A stretch of DNA of 64,000 bases from Lepidodermella squamata (GCA_047495785.1 JBLDXI010000020.1:496001-560000); one strand, 5' to 3'. Positions 51,078-64,000 are shown, numbered from the stretch's first letter. Numbers and translations: made by a program. The notes: a model not told the origin generated them from the letters alone.

Positions 51078-51630
51078 ATTTGCTTTTTTTACTTTATTTT
51101 TTATTAATTTATTAATTATTTTTAATTAATATAATGTTAAAATAATTTTTTTTATATTCCTGGCTTTCCTCCTGACTGTCCTAAGTGGTCGGAGGACGTT
51201 TAAAAGGTTCTCATAATTAAATAGACTAATTAAACCAAAAGACCAATTCGCCCCCATTGATGATTTTTCCATGGGGCAATTTGGGCGCAATTACCTGGCC
51301 ATACCTGTGCATCACCTCGGGTCGCGGTTTTTTTCCTTGTTATCACCAAAGGAAATGGTCGAAGGAAAAAATGTCATTTGAACTCAAAGCCTTTTGATTG
51401 GTTACAGATAATTCAATTCATATGGGTCGTTTTTACCCGTCTAAACTTACCTGTAAATACTGGGCTGCCGTGACCTCATTTTGGGACATCACTGGCTGAA
51501 ACTTTTTACAGATGCAGGAGGTCTGTTGAAGATCATCTGCACAAATTTTTTCAGAGATCTGACTTACAGTCTATGAGCCTTTAAAAGTAATGTGATGACA
51601 TCAATTTTCGGCCAAATCGCCCCAAGTGCC

Positions 51631-52075
51631 CATGAGACGTACTAGGACGCCGGGGCTCGTCAAGAACGCTTGCTTTTTGTGTTATTTTCTAATGAGGTCC
51701 AAAGGTCATCGTGGCTATAAATAACCTCATTAGCAGCATTAGCAGCAATCGCTTTTTTCCATCTGCGAACAGCAAAAAAATCTCATTCATAGAAGGCACG
51801 TGTTTACGCAAAGATCCCCTTTTTGCAGCGACCTGAAGTTCTCGATCTTGAGAAAGCGACGAGTTTCGCGCGCGGTTTCTTGTAATTTGAATGAAAAAAA
51901 TTCACGTGTAAAAATATTTTCAAATGGCAAATAATTGAAATAAATAATTTTCTATTTGCCACAAAATTAATGAATTTAGTCCGGATTCACGTGATTTTTC
52001 CGTCGTATTCCGGCACGTGACGCAGAGATTTTTGTTAAGGAGGATTCAAGCCCCGGCGTCCTAGTACGTCTCATG
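51631..52075. mobile_element. hAT-type MITE with perfect 27-bp TIR and 8-bp TSD
   Basis: TIR CATGAGACGTACTAGGACGCCGGGGCT at 51631-51657 and inverted at 52049-52075; TSD CAAGTGCC at 51623-51630 and 52076-52083. Confidence 0.95.
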
Positions 52076-54627
52076 CAAGTGCCCATTTCACCCCAAATGA
52101 CGGTAATTTGTAGCTTATTTTCGTCATTTTCCGAGGATGATTGGGCGAAAATTGCGACCGACCGACAATAAATCAATAAAAATCTTTGTTGTGATTTTAA
52201 ACAATAATTTTGGCGATAAAGCATTGAAATTTACATGACTAGGTAGGGGTTATCGCGCTGATTCAAGAGATATATTTTTCACCTGAATCGCAATCGAAAT
52301 GGGTCTAAAAGCGACAAAAATGACTTTTTCTTTGTCTAGAGTAACAGGCCTAAGCAGATAAAATGGTGTATGCTGGGTAAAAATAAGAAGAAAAGGCATG
52401 AAAAGGATGCGTCTGTTGGGATGAAAATGTTGTTTATGAGCAGCAGCTTCTTCATGGCGGCTTCGATTTGTGCGCATCTGGAGCCATTTATGCCGTAAAC
52501 AACGCGCTTGCGCCGGTAACGCATCTACTTCGCAGTACATTCTTTGCAATAATGTGGCCGATGAATCACGCGCAATCTATATAAGAGAAGTACTGCGGCG
52601 GAACTAATTACCGAAATTGTGTCGCGATTCGTGTGTTTGTTGACATTTGAACCAATCTCGGTGATGGCGCTGTATAAAACACGCCGATAACTGTTTTCAG
52701 CTCGAAAAAGCGATATTCCTAGCCCAAGTTATTCACGAAATATAAAATCATCTTTTTCCTCCGCTGGATCGGGCTGAGTTTATATGACCTTATGCTGCGC
52801 CACGATCGCGCATGCGTGATTCGCGAAATCTTTTGCGAAATATTTATCCTACCTAATAGCACAATGAAGTGTTTATATTCTCTTGAATTATAGTGGCCCT
52901 GGGGCAGCTTGTAAATCATTATACAATTTTACCGCAGATTCACCTTTAAAAATGGTCACTTCGATTTGCTCTGGAGTTTTTGCGTAGTGTTTCTCTCCCC
53001 TTCTTTGATCCGCTCAGCTACATCTTCTTGCATATTTTGCTTTTTAATGTGCTGCAAAATGCCTGAGATTTTTTGAGACGGTCTTACTTCCTAGAATAGA
53101 TCTCAACGGATTGTAAAAACTTATATATCTGTCATCTGCTCAAGCCGAAGCTTGTGGCTCAATTCGAAGTTCACAGGCACAGACTCGAGGTAATGTTGAG
53201 ATCCTTATATCACACCCAAGCACACCCATGTAATCACCTGAATCTCACCTAGGAGTGGCAAACTTTTTGTTCGAGTCATTAAGTAATGGATTAGCTATAG
53301 ATAATAGAGTTTTGAAGCGTAATACTTCTTATTTCAGTGAGCCAAGTGCCACCTGCGACATGTTATTGGGCTCACGTTGGCTGGAGTTTCGTCTGGCAGA
53401 TGCCAGGCGTTACACGTCCCAACTTGCTTCAAGCTGAGGTAGTCTCCTATAAGCCTGTTTAACCTTCGAGCTTTTAGTGGCTCGGCCCCATAATAGAGCT
53501 ATGAATTGTAACATTACCCACACTTCTGCATTTGCCTTCGCTCAATGCCACTCATGGTATCTTCATGCAAATGCAAATGGAGCTGCAGCGGAAACTACCC
53601 ACGCTAGCTGAAAATCGTGGCACCTTTAACGCTGTTTCCATTCGATTTTTTCACCATCAACCATTTAGTTATTTGAAATCGGCATTTTTCAAAGTATCTG
53701 CTTTATTAGTATTCATAATATATATACACATCGTTGTAAATAGGTATAATGAATACATACATACATGAATCAAGATATATTATTTCATCTCAACCACCGT
53801 AGTACCAATAATGCTTCGTCATCATGGTGGACCTTGCACATAAGAGTATAAAACCATGTCCACCATACGCGATTCAAATCGAAGAAAACAAAAATCGACT
53901 AGTCTCAACAATCGCTGTTGGAGACCATCAAAGGCGTGATCCACTGTGCCTGTTGAAGTGAGTGGCACTCAAATACGCAAAACAAACAATTAAGCACCAT
54001 GACCATCAAATGCCGATGTGTCGCGAAAAAAATTACGCATCAAAGAACAGACACATCACTGGTATTGACGGACATGTTCGAGCAATGGCGACGAAGGCAG
54101 CAGAGAAAAAATAAAAAAAGCTGCAATAGTTACAAGCAAACACAGTGGACGAGTAGCACAAACAACGGACGATCACATGTCCAGAAGGTGTCGACTTGAT
54201 AAATTTTGTTTCCGTCTCTATATTATAACTGGCATGTTTCGAGTTGATACTTGTATTCGTGTTTCCAGCTAATAAAATTTGTCACATTCAAAGATTTATA
54301 ACAAGAAAAGCCGCAAATGCAAATAGCGTGAAAGCCTTTTGTTAAGACAAAAATATAAACGGAATACTTACGACGGGAATAGAAAACACAACGGGCACAG
54401 TTCAGTTCACTCGTCCGACATCATTTTTAGGTATAAAAAGACAATCAGCAAAATCAGAATGGCATTATGTATAGATATCGTACAGATTTCAAAATAAGAT
54501 TGCACGCTCTCGTGTCAACCTATCGCAAGTGGACTGGATTACCAAACATTTTTACATGTGACTGGATTGGAATAGTTTATAAGCCGTATATCCACAAATT
54601 TGCTATAGATCCCGAAAATGCCAAGTT

Positions 54628-57600
54628 TTACACCGGTCTTCTCTCTGACTTCAGTTTCACAAATTCCTTGGCAACATCGTCGTTCGAGCGCTGTGACAAA
54701 ATCCGCAAAATGGTGTAGCCAGTATCATCAAGCTTGATGGTGCCCGCCAGCGGCAACCATGTCTGCAAAGTCCCTTGATGAATGTTGGCGAGATCTGTTA
54801 ACTTAATAACGGAGATGCCAATAATCTTATCGTCTGTGCCAAAACAATAATCCTTCACTGAATAGTGAAGTTCGTAATCGCCGATTTCGCCCTCATTTCC
54901 GATCATGCTGAAATTAAATGATATGCGGATGAGCCTAAAATAGCATTTCAAGAAAAAATTACAATTGATAGCTTTCGTTGAAAACAGGAGCAAGAGTGCC
55001 GGTCTTCGACTTGGTGTCCCATTTTCTCTTTCTTTGGGCTAAACTAGGACCAACCAGAGTGACACTCACGAAAGGCCGCGCCGAACTTGACCACCGAAGA
55101 TTGTTACACGCAACCACTGTATTGAAGAAACAGTGGAAACCACGATTTCCAAATAGTAGAACAAAACACAAACCTTTGACGTTAACTTTGTGCTCGCCTG
55201 TTCCGGGATGCGTGAACAGGTCAATTTGAATATGCAAGTCGCCAGCAGATTCAGAAGCTGCGCTTGCATCCTGCTTCTGTTGCGTCTGGACAAACGTTTT
55301 GATAAGGGTATCCGTTGTATGAGTGTACAATGAAAGCGCGTATTGAAGTGATTTCAACTGCGGACTCTTTTCTAGATAAGGCATTTTCAAGCCCTGCCCA
55401 TCAGCGTGGAAGTAGCCCTTGATTGTTTCGAGGGCGGCCTGGATCACGGCGCACTGACGAGCAGAAAGGCTTCGCTCGCTATCCCGAGAAATATCCTGGA
55501 AATTGAGAATCAAGTTCAATAAAGTTCAAAAATGCCATAAAAATGGTTATCCATCGCCAAGAAAGGCATGCAACAAACCTGGATGATGGAAACGACGTTA
55601 AGGTTGCCTGCTTGCTTTTGCACTTTGTTAAAAAGCAGACTAGAGACGTCTTTAACTTTGTCTTTCGCAGAATCCGTCCCGAGAGTTGCGAGAGAAAGCT
55701 GTTTGTTAGAATAAGAAGCGTTAGTCTAGGTAAGCGATGTTAAAAATGTTAGATTTTAAGCCCCAATAAACCATTCGTTAGTCGAAATGATCTAAAAATT
55801 ATCACCTGCTCATTAGACCCAAAAAATGGGAATCCCTTCAGAAACTACACGGGGACATGAGCTCCATTTCGAAAGGCTAATAGGCTAGCATACCTTTTTG
55901 GAGTCTTGCGGTGGTAAAACTATCGTTTTCTCGAGGTTGGTCAGCGTGACTATCCACAGCTCTTTGAGCATGCGCTTGAGGATAGTTTTGTCGCAGTTGT
56001 CAGCGTACACCGAAATGCAGTTCTCAAGGTACTCCATCAAAGGCTGCACGATCAAATCGCTCTCTTGGTGTATCTGATCGATAACCGATGGCTGCGTTAG
56101 AGGCTGGTTCGGCTGGTTGCCCTTGACTTTCTGCTGGAGTAGCTTCGACATTTCGACGATTTGCATTTGAATCTGCGGCGACAGGCCCTCGGCGCACATT
56201 GTACACAACCGGTCGAGATAGCTGTTCAGTTTTTCTTGTAACTCGTTCAGCACCTCCGCTGTATTCTTGTCCAAATCTTTGCCACCCATCAGCTCAAACA
56301 ATTTTTCGAGATTCACGCGAGTTTGCTGCATGTTATTCAGCAGGATGCAGGTCTAAAACGGTTGCAAGAAATATTAAATCGATATCAAACAAAAATAGAT
56401 ATACTCACCGTTTTTTGATCTTGAATTGAATTGAAGAAGTCGTTTTCGATGAAATCGCCGTAAGATATTAGCACCTTTTCGATAGTCTTGGCGAAGCGGG
56501 CCATGTACACGTTTTTGATAGAAGGATCAGGACACTCGAGTTTTTTGATAACATCATGACACTGGGTAAGTTGGCTGAACATGTCAACGACTGAATTCGA
56601 GAAGTTGGTCTGTTCGGATGTTTTTGGAAACTGAAAGATGAAAAATTACAGTTAGCTGACGAGTGGCTAAAATGCAAAGAATAAAAATACCCCATCACGC
56701 TTATCGCGCTCGTACGCCGATTTGACACAGTCCAAAGAAACTTCGTCGTTGTCGTTCAGCCAGATCATGACGAATGCCTCGAACCAACGCGGATATTCGG
56801 CAGCTTTTGATTTCATCTCGGGTAAAACGGCCACGTATTTCGAGTAGAGCCATTTGATTTTGAAGTGAAGGTTCATGTACTCGGACGACTTGCATTTGTT
56901 ACGAGATCTTTCGTGCTCGAGAAGCGCCCCCTCCAGATCATCAGCCAACTGCTGCCACAAAATCAGAGCGCTAATATCTCCAACTTTAACACTCGGAAAT
57001 CTGTTGAAGAATTACAATTTAGATAATTCAATTCAAATTAATGGCAATAAGCATACTGATTGAGCACTGGGCCATAAGTGTTTCGGTCCTCTTCGATCAC
57101 TGAAACTATCAACGCGATGAGCTTATGCCAGAAGTCGAGGTTTTTGAGAACTGGGCCGCGATCGCCGTCCTCCTGTGTTTCGGCTGGTTGAGCCTTGTTC
57201 TCGTCCGCTCCTTCGAACTCCTTTTGATACAGCTCGTAGCAGTGATCGTACAGGAATTGATACGTTCGTCGCATATTCGCTTTTATGCACTCTTCGACGA
57301 CCGCCGATGCCTTTGGAGGTGACACTAGTCCTTGCACCTGAAAAATTATGATGAAAATGTATTAATTGTCATAATAGATGATGCAAAAAATGCCGGTGCT
57401 AATAACCTCTAATTCGTCAGTACTAGACGATACAGTGCACCCTAAAGAGTTCTCGATCTTAACGACCCTCTCGTCGAGGCGCTTGAACGCGTTTTCTAAT
57501 CTTTGCAGGTAGGATTCAAATGAGTTGATCAATTGGAACAACACCACAAGGTTGTCCACAGCTGAATTCAGCTGCTGACTCGTCGCAATCGATGCAGCGC

Positions 57601-60600
57601 AACTGTGATCAGACTCGTAAATTTCCGAAATTTTACTGCCGGAAGGCGGCATATCAGGGCTGGTTTTCAAAGGGGTAACTGAAGGCACACTGTGAATTAT
57701 TGATAACCGCCGACGTCTGACTGAATCCACTGCCAGTTGACGAGTTCGAGATGATCGAGAAGTGACAGAGCTGATACTAGGTCGGCGGCTGACGGAGCCT
57801 CTAACGCTGCCGTTTGGGGGCTGGCCGGCCAACGCAGTTGGAATGTTCATAAGGCCGTGTAAATTGTGCATAAGCACGGCCACGGTAGACATTGTTTATG
57901 AGTAATAAAACGACAGCGTATAATATCGCCAGGAAACTTCAGTATTATCGATTTCAGAAAGCGAAAATGCGCACTGTAAAATCGCGTTTAATGAAATGGA
58001 AACTTCTCAACGATTCGCGTCTATTTCGAATCGATGGCGACTAATTATCGAAAGTTGCCCGAGTCATGATATAGGCAAACGAGCGCGGGTAAGAGGATTC
58101 ATTTTTTTTACTAAGCTGCACCAACAAAAAAAACAGGCACTAATACCCAATATTCTCGCCAAGATTATGTCTTGTGCGCTCAGGCAACGTCAGTGTAGTT
58201 GGGTGTAGTAATAATGTTAGCATTAATTACGCGAAAAAACGATGAGCTTACTTTCATACGGAAGAAGTTTATCGACGTGAGTAAGTCGACACATGCCTGC
58301 AGATCGCGAAGCCTCAGCGGTTCAGAGGCAGGGAAGTTATTCTACATGACGAGAAAAAAACACGTACTTATTCAACATGTATCTGCGCGGCGTAAACGCT
58401 AATAAGCACTCACCCGATAATCGATGAGCTCGAGGCGAATCGAGTTGTGCAACTGATCGAGAAGTTTCGTAAACTTTTCTTTCTAAAATAGAAAAATCGA
58501 GTAAGAAAGCTGTTGCTGCTGACCTTAAGGCGATCTTACCCGGAAATTTGACGCGTTAAATCGATTCTGGCTGCTATTGCCAGTGCCAGAGGAAGATAGC
58601 GAGCTTCCCGCAGCGGAAGCGCTGTGTGCATAATGAACATTGATGTGGGCGAGAAGATCACTAAGCAGCGGTGGAACCGAAGGATTCAGCAGTTTAGTTG
58701 CAAGGCATGAAAAATGCGTCATCGCCTGTATAAAACAACCTCGCGTTTCGCATTCAATTGGTTAATAATTACTACATACCATGTATATCCGATCTATGCC
58801 GTAACGTTGAGCAAATTCCTCGACAATCTCCTGCACCTGAGGCTCGAAATAACGTTCCCATGCATCGCTAGAGTCGCCGGGCGGTATCTATTGCGGAACA
58901 GATCGAGTCATAAATCGATCGGATTTATTGTCTTCGCTATGGTAACTTACGTAAGACGGAGGTGAGTTTGGCTGGTCGTAAATGTAATGGAAGAAGTTTT
59001 CATGAAGGCAGGTGTACTGGTCAAAATAGGGCGCGACTTTCTCCTCTCCTTTGATTTCGATACTGATCTGAAGGCGAATGGCACCGGAAACCATGGAGCG
59101 ATCAGTTCTCTTTTCTAAAAAAATTAAAAAATAAGAATAAGCGTTACCTCGATAAAAAGCGATCAATGTAAAGCATAGAGGTAACCCGCAGAAAACCCTT
59201 GCTTATTACTAGGCCCCAAAACCGTTTTCATGGCATTCGCAATTAATTTATGTTGTACCAAGCGGATAGCACAGGCAAGAATCCCCGCTCAGTTGGCGCA
59301 TTTGTAATACTGTTTGACCCAAAAAATCGTCCTTTTCTTTCGTCAAGAAGTACATGAACTTGGAGCAAATGTCGCGATCTTCATCCCTAAACGCAGTGAA
59401 ATCGAGGTTCAACTTCCAAGTAATCGATCAAATTGTCAATTCTAATTTCTATCTAGGGTAATACCGTGGGGGTGGGGGTTCGATAAGTTAAATTACCTAA
59501 ATTGCACCAAATATCAGAATCGCCGCACAGTTTGGAGACGTCAATAATGTATTGACCGAGAAAATCGTCGGACTCGCGAGTGAACTTTTGTCGAAGCCGA
59601 GACTTGAAGTCGTCATCCTCGTCCCTATAAATCGATGATTCATGGTTGGGTAATTTTGTAAGGGGACCGAGACGATGGATAGCTATACTACAACATTCTA
59701 GAATATCAACCTACCAAACTCGTATCTTGATGCGCTCTGAGATGTTGTGGCATTCACTAGAAAGCACAGATTTAATGAATATTTAAGCAGCGCGGTAAAA
59801 AGCTCACAAGAAAAACTTTTCGTTCCACTCTGGATTGAGGGTTTTGAACTTGGTTTTTGTTCGCCTCTTCGTTCTACCCAGCTGTATGGTGACGTAAGGA
59901 TCACTAGTTCCCGTTGCATCTTTACCCATGAGGCCTTGAGCGGACACAACTGAAAAAATTGATTGTGTTAAATTCGGCGGAAAATTATCAAATAAACCAT
60001 CACAACATAGCAAAGCAACTGCAACTAAACGATATATGACAATACATGCACCCACGAGGAGGCGTAAATCAACAAAGGAAACGGAAAAAACTGTAAAATT
60101 GCTGCAAATCGCTAGGGTGTTTTAGTGAAGCAGCTATAATGTAACATTAGGTAATCGAAAAGCAACCAGGTAAAATTGGAAACAAGAACCAAAAGGGAAA
60201 AGTTCAAACTAAAAAGCGGCAGGATATTTGCAGCAAAGCATTGCATCGATACAAAAGCTTGTGGCGATTTAATAATACCTGTGACACTAATGTTAGCCGA
60301 CCATTTCGACGCCCCGTCCAGCATGGCCTGCTTGGACTGATCAATGGCCTGCTGGTGAACTTTTGGTTCGACTTTGAAAATTTTGCTAAACAACCAAATC
60401 CATCAAAGAAAAACAAGGGATTACACAAAGTTGAAACCAGCTAAATTGTCGGTTTTTGAAGTACTTAACGGGGTCAACTCAGACGATTCATTTCGAAATT
60501 CAAATAATAATGGTAAAGATACGAGATGTACGCCCTCCCGTCGTCAACTACCGAAGTGCTTTATGACTATTATCAAGTGCTGATCGTACTCGAGTTATAA

Positions 60601-63509
60601 TGTTAAGACACAAGCTACCCCATTGAACATCAGTACGACAGAGTAATCTTCTCGAAAGACAAGTGCACGATTGACAAACTTGTGATGGTAACATCCGCCG
60701 ACCACTTAGTGGCCAGTATAGTCTGCTCAGTTTCTTTCATGAATAGCTTATGAATTTTGTTATCAATGCAGAATACGCGCCTGTGTAGTCAACATGACAA
60801 ATTTCGGTAAGTAGTTTTCAAAATTTGGAAAAGAGATGCAAACATTGTAGTAAATTAACCCAATTTTCTCCGCTAACGGGATTTTTCGGGCCGATTCTCT
60901 CTAAATTGAAACAAAAATAACGTACCTGACGAGGTCAAACGTTTCTTTCTTCTCGACTTCACGCTTTTTCATCAGGTCCGTAATAATGTTCATGAAAACT
61001 TGAGCTCTGTCGTGCGCACCCTGGCGAGCACTCTTTTCAGCAGCGCCTATTCGCGGAAAACAGATTAATTTCACGGAAATTTAGTTCAAATGTTGACAAA
61101 CGTTGCAAACAATCGGCATTCATTAAGGCTTTGCATCTATCGTGGCATTTGACGCCGCACTGGGTACATCGAAGGCCCTGGCGAGCAAGACCCCACAAGA
61201 GACCTTCACATTCAAAGCAGTAGGTAGGGTGTTTGGCACTGAAGATTTCGAATTTGTGATCGCCGCTCGTTTTCGACATTGGATATAACAGCGCCTGCAG
61301 CGTCTTCTTGTAGACATGCATTTTCTAAGAATAGAAAATTCAGCTATTCGACGAATAACTGCAATCAATTAATCACTCACAAGTTCTTCATCATTAAGTG
61401 CCCGACTTGTGATGACAGCAGTTTGTGCTTCTGCTTTGCGCTTGTTGGCGGCGACCGTCTGAAAAAATAGGCGCATCGCACTTCAAATGACTGACTAGAA
61501 ATAACATTTCCCAAGGCAAAATGAAGCAAACAGAAAATTGAGATTTCAAAGTAAAAGCAAGGTTAGTTATGCAGTCGGATGCAGGAATTGATAAAAAAAT
61601 AAAAACGAAAGCCGGCATCGGCCAACTTTTGATCAATTAGTTAGGGTGTAAATAGCAGGAGTATTGATATAAAAAATGAAATCGCAACACAGCAAAAAGG
61701 ATTCAAACAAAAATTCGACAAAACTGTCATCTCTCTATGTTACAAGACTCTCACCTTCATCACCTATATAACACCAAATTAGTAGCATAAGAAATATGTT
61801 AGTATCAGAATGTAATTGTCTTCCAATTCAAAAATTAACTACTCGAAAACAACTGAAAACAGCAGCAGTTTCAAATCAATGAATAGAAATCTGACACTCA
61901 AAAAAATCGCTGTTGGTCACTCTTTTCTTTACAAACATACAGATATTGTGGAAACGACGTCAGCTAATGTCTTGCGTTGCTTTTGAGAATTGAAAATAAC
62001 GTCAATAAAAACGGGGTGAAAATGAGCGACCCAGCAAACAAGATGTTCGCTGATACGCGATCTGACTAGTAGAGTGTACTATCAACAAGAAGTGTTGATT
62101 CACACGAAATGATACGACTAATGTTACAATATTGATTCAAGGCTCATCAACTTACAAGCTCGCTAACGTGAGACATCTTCGCTAGCCTTGGCTTCAGATC
62201 GGAAGAAGTGTTAATTTGGTTGTAGAAATCGGTGCGGCCCCTGCAATTGTTATCATTGAAAGCGTCAAGATAAAAGCAAATAAGAGATAACATCATTTGG
62301 TTAATAGGGAAATAGTTTTAGTACCAATGGATATCGAGATTAATGTGTTATTTTGGCAGGCATCCTTTACCCCGAAATAAGCCAAGTTAGTATTTAGCGC
62401 TAGCAATGGCAAGCCTTCTGAAAATTCAAATTATTTTTACTTCATCCCCTCGAAAGATCACGGATGCCCGGCGTGGTTTCAGCTTAACCATATCAACATC
62501 CACGTCCATATTGAAATTTTTAGTTACGTCACCATCCGCGGTCATTTTCTGGTTTTTATAACGCCTGAAATTGAAAGCATTAGCAAGTTAATAACCGCCA
62601 GCCATGTAATGGGAAGGGAATAAATGCAGGGTAAACCCAGGAAACATGGAAAATACTTATCACATACCTGTCGCCGCCACCTGGCATGTCTGACATCGTA
62701 TCGGTCTCCTCGCTGAGCAGATTGTCCTGTAAACGAGATTGAAGCAGCTTAAACATGTTGTTTCGCACGGTGTTAACAGAAAAATGAGGCAGCAATGAAA
62801 TAATACTACAATAAACTCGCTCCCCCTCACTCCAGGTGCAAGTTGCCAACAACTTGCTAAAACAAACAAGTATTCATCATCTCTCAAGCTCTGCATCTAT
62901 TATTGCCCACCTTAACGCGAACGTGTTGGCCATGCGGCCCTCTCTTTCTTGTCAAAAGCCGCTGTGATATGAAATATATGCTAATTTTTTCAGCGACAAG
63001 TCTTGCATAAAACTGGATGTTTCACGCTGACCAAGCGTAAAATCGCAACTCACGAGTATAGTACGCCTCGGTAGCAGGCTAGCACAGGCTGAACATTCGC
63101 AAATGACTCCGCAAGTCATTCGACGCTTGCTCTGCTGGCGAATAGCCGATACGCTGTTATCACACACGTTTCGAGGGCGTAGAACAGATGAGTATTTCCA
63201 GGTCATGTTCGCGCTTGGACCGCTGGATAAATCGACTTCTTTGCCCGTAGATGGGTCGATTGGAATCAGCGTGTCACCGCCACGTCGACCAGAAGAAAAA
63301 TAGGCGAATAATTTGGGCGAATCGGGCGATAAAGAGCCTGAACTGTGCGATGGGGCAGGGCTCGGCGGCTGGTCGAGAATCTCTTGTACCATTTTCAGTT
63401 CCTCCTCCTCCTCCTGCGTGCAGCTAACAGCCGCATCGGTTGGCGCCGAGGCAAATGCAGAACTCATCCTCTTCTTGACTGCTTGAGCAAGATACGAAAC
63501 AATACTCAT
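54628..63509 (-). CDS. unc-13: UNC-13/Munc13 synaptic vesicle priming protein (C1-C2B-MUN-C2C); further 5' exons may lie beyond the window
   Basis: [22 protein letters not shown]1 ([24 protein letters not shown]), C2B ([18 protein letters not shown]), [18 protein letters not shown] ([29 protein letters not shown]), C2C ([18 protein letters not shown]) and terminal [23 protein letters not shown]. More than 25 exons join in frame. Confidence 0.97.
57407..57892 (-). CDS. Putative internal alternative first coding exon of unc-13
   Basis: ATG-initiated 162-codon segment inside the 914-nt intron 57338-58251. Donor GAG|gttatt at 57406 is phase 0 and a 69-nt intron joins it in frame to the VQGLVSPP exon. 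Confidence 0.6.
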
Positions 63510-64000
63510 GGTAGCGGCCGAAAATGGTCCAATAAACGGCTGATAATTAAACTTGACTCGAGAGTCACTTTCCGGTGCAATCGATCCGATGCATTGCAGC
63601 CAATATACCGGGAGATGTATAATAGCTATTACGAATGCAGGCGCCGCTTTTCTCACTCATTAAAATCGCGGTCGATCAATCAATGCAGCGGCAAGTTTTT
63701 TTATGGTGATGAACTCTGAACAGACCACAGGCGAGGATTTCAAGATATTTAATTGGTTATCATATGCGTGAAAATATAGCAGGGCAGTGATAGCTATTCC
63801 TCTCGCGATTTTTCAGATGACTTGGGCAAATAATTTAAGCACCAACGCGAAATCAGAGAAAAGAGGTATATTCACGAAAATCATGTGCCTCTAGTGGTCT
63901 CTTTGGCGATAGTAGTCACGCCGCTAAGTCGTCACTGACAGCTTTCTATCGTAGTTTCTTTTAGAGTGATCATCAAATCTCGATAAGTCTGTCGGGTCTA

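Larger units (their letters stand above)
50802..52103. mobile_element. Non-autonomous TA-flanked Tc1/mariner/pogo-type element, host of a nested hAT MITE
   Basis: Left end CCGTCGTTTGGGGCGAGTTGGGCA and right end (reverse complement) CCGTCATTTGGGGTGAAATGGGCA; TA at 50800-50801 and 52104-52105; internal TGGGGCGAATTGGGC-like repeats in both orientations. Confidence 0.85.

Noticed and set aside
50000-52950. Possible larger TTAA-type (Kolobok/piggyBac-like) element surrounding the nested MITEs
   Set aside because: One end-like TTCACCTTTAA near 52939, but no matching opposite terminus found.
55117-55173. In-frame 57-nt segment that the ORF track reads through inside UNC-13 C2C
   Set aside because: An ordinary GT-AG intron of modal size; retention would split a C2 beta-strand.

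Overview
Gene-dense window from a compact eukaryotic (invertebrate animal) genome. Most introns are GT-AG and about 45-70 nt long; no prokaryotic features were seen. Spliced models were rebuilt by hand. Minus strand: a type II transmembrane collagen, an unknown Ser/Pro-rich gene, CHRAC1, RPS5, DAZAP1/Hrb27C, a STAP-like PH-SH2 adaptor, TMEM26, CFAP74, FSIP1 and UNC-13. Plus strand: an hnRNP K-like gene. A repeat-rich gap at about 45.9-53 kb holds decayed coding sequence, a TA-flanked MITE, and a hAT MITE nested in a second TA-flanked element that carries a tRNA-like Pol III cassette. Main leads: (1) operon-like spacing with unpaired splice acceptors, most clearly FSIP1->CFAP74, two flagellar genes 89 nt apart, suggesting SL trans-spliced polycistrons; (2) a transmembrane collagen with a possible C-terminal GPI signal and an alternative unanchored last exon; (3) complex UNC-13 isoform structure, including an intronic first exon predicting a MUN-C2C-only protein, mutually exclusive exons and a 9-nt microexon. 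All gene names come from recalled family motifs, not database searches, and exon coordinates were read manually.
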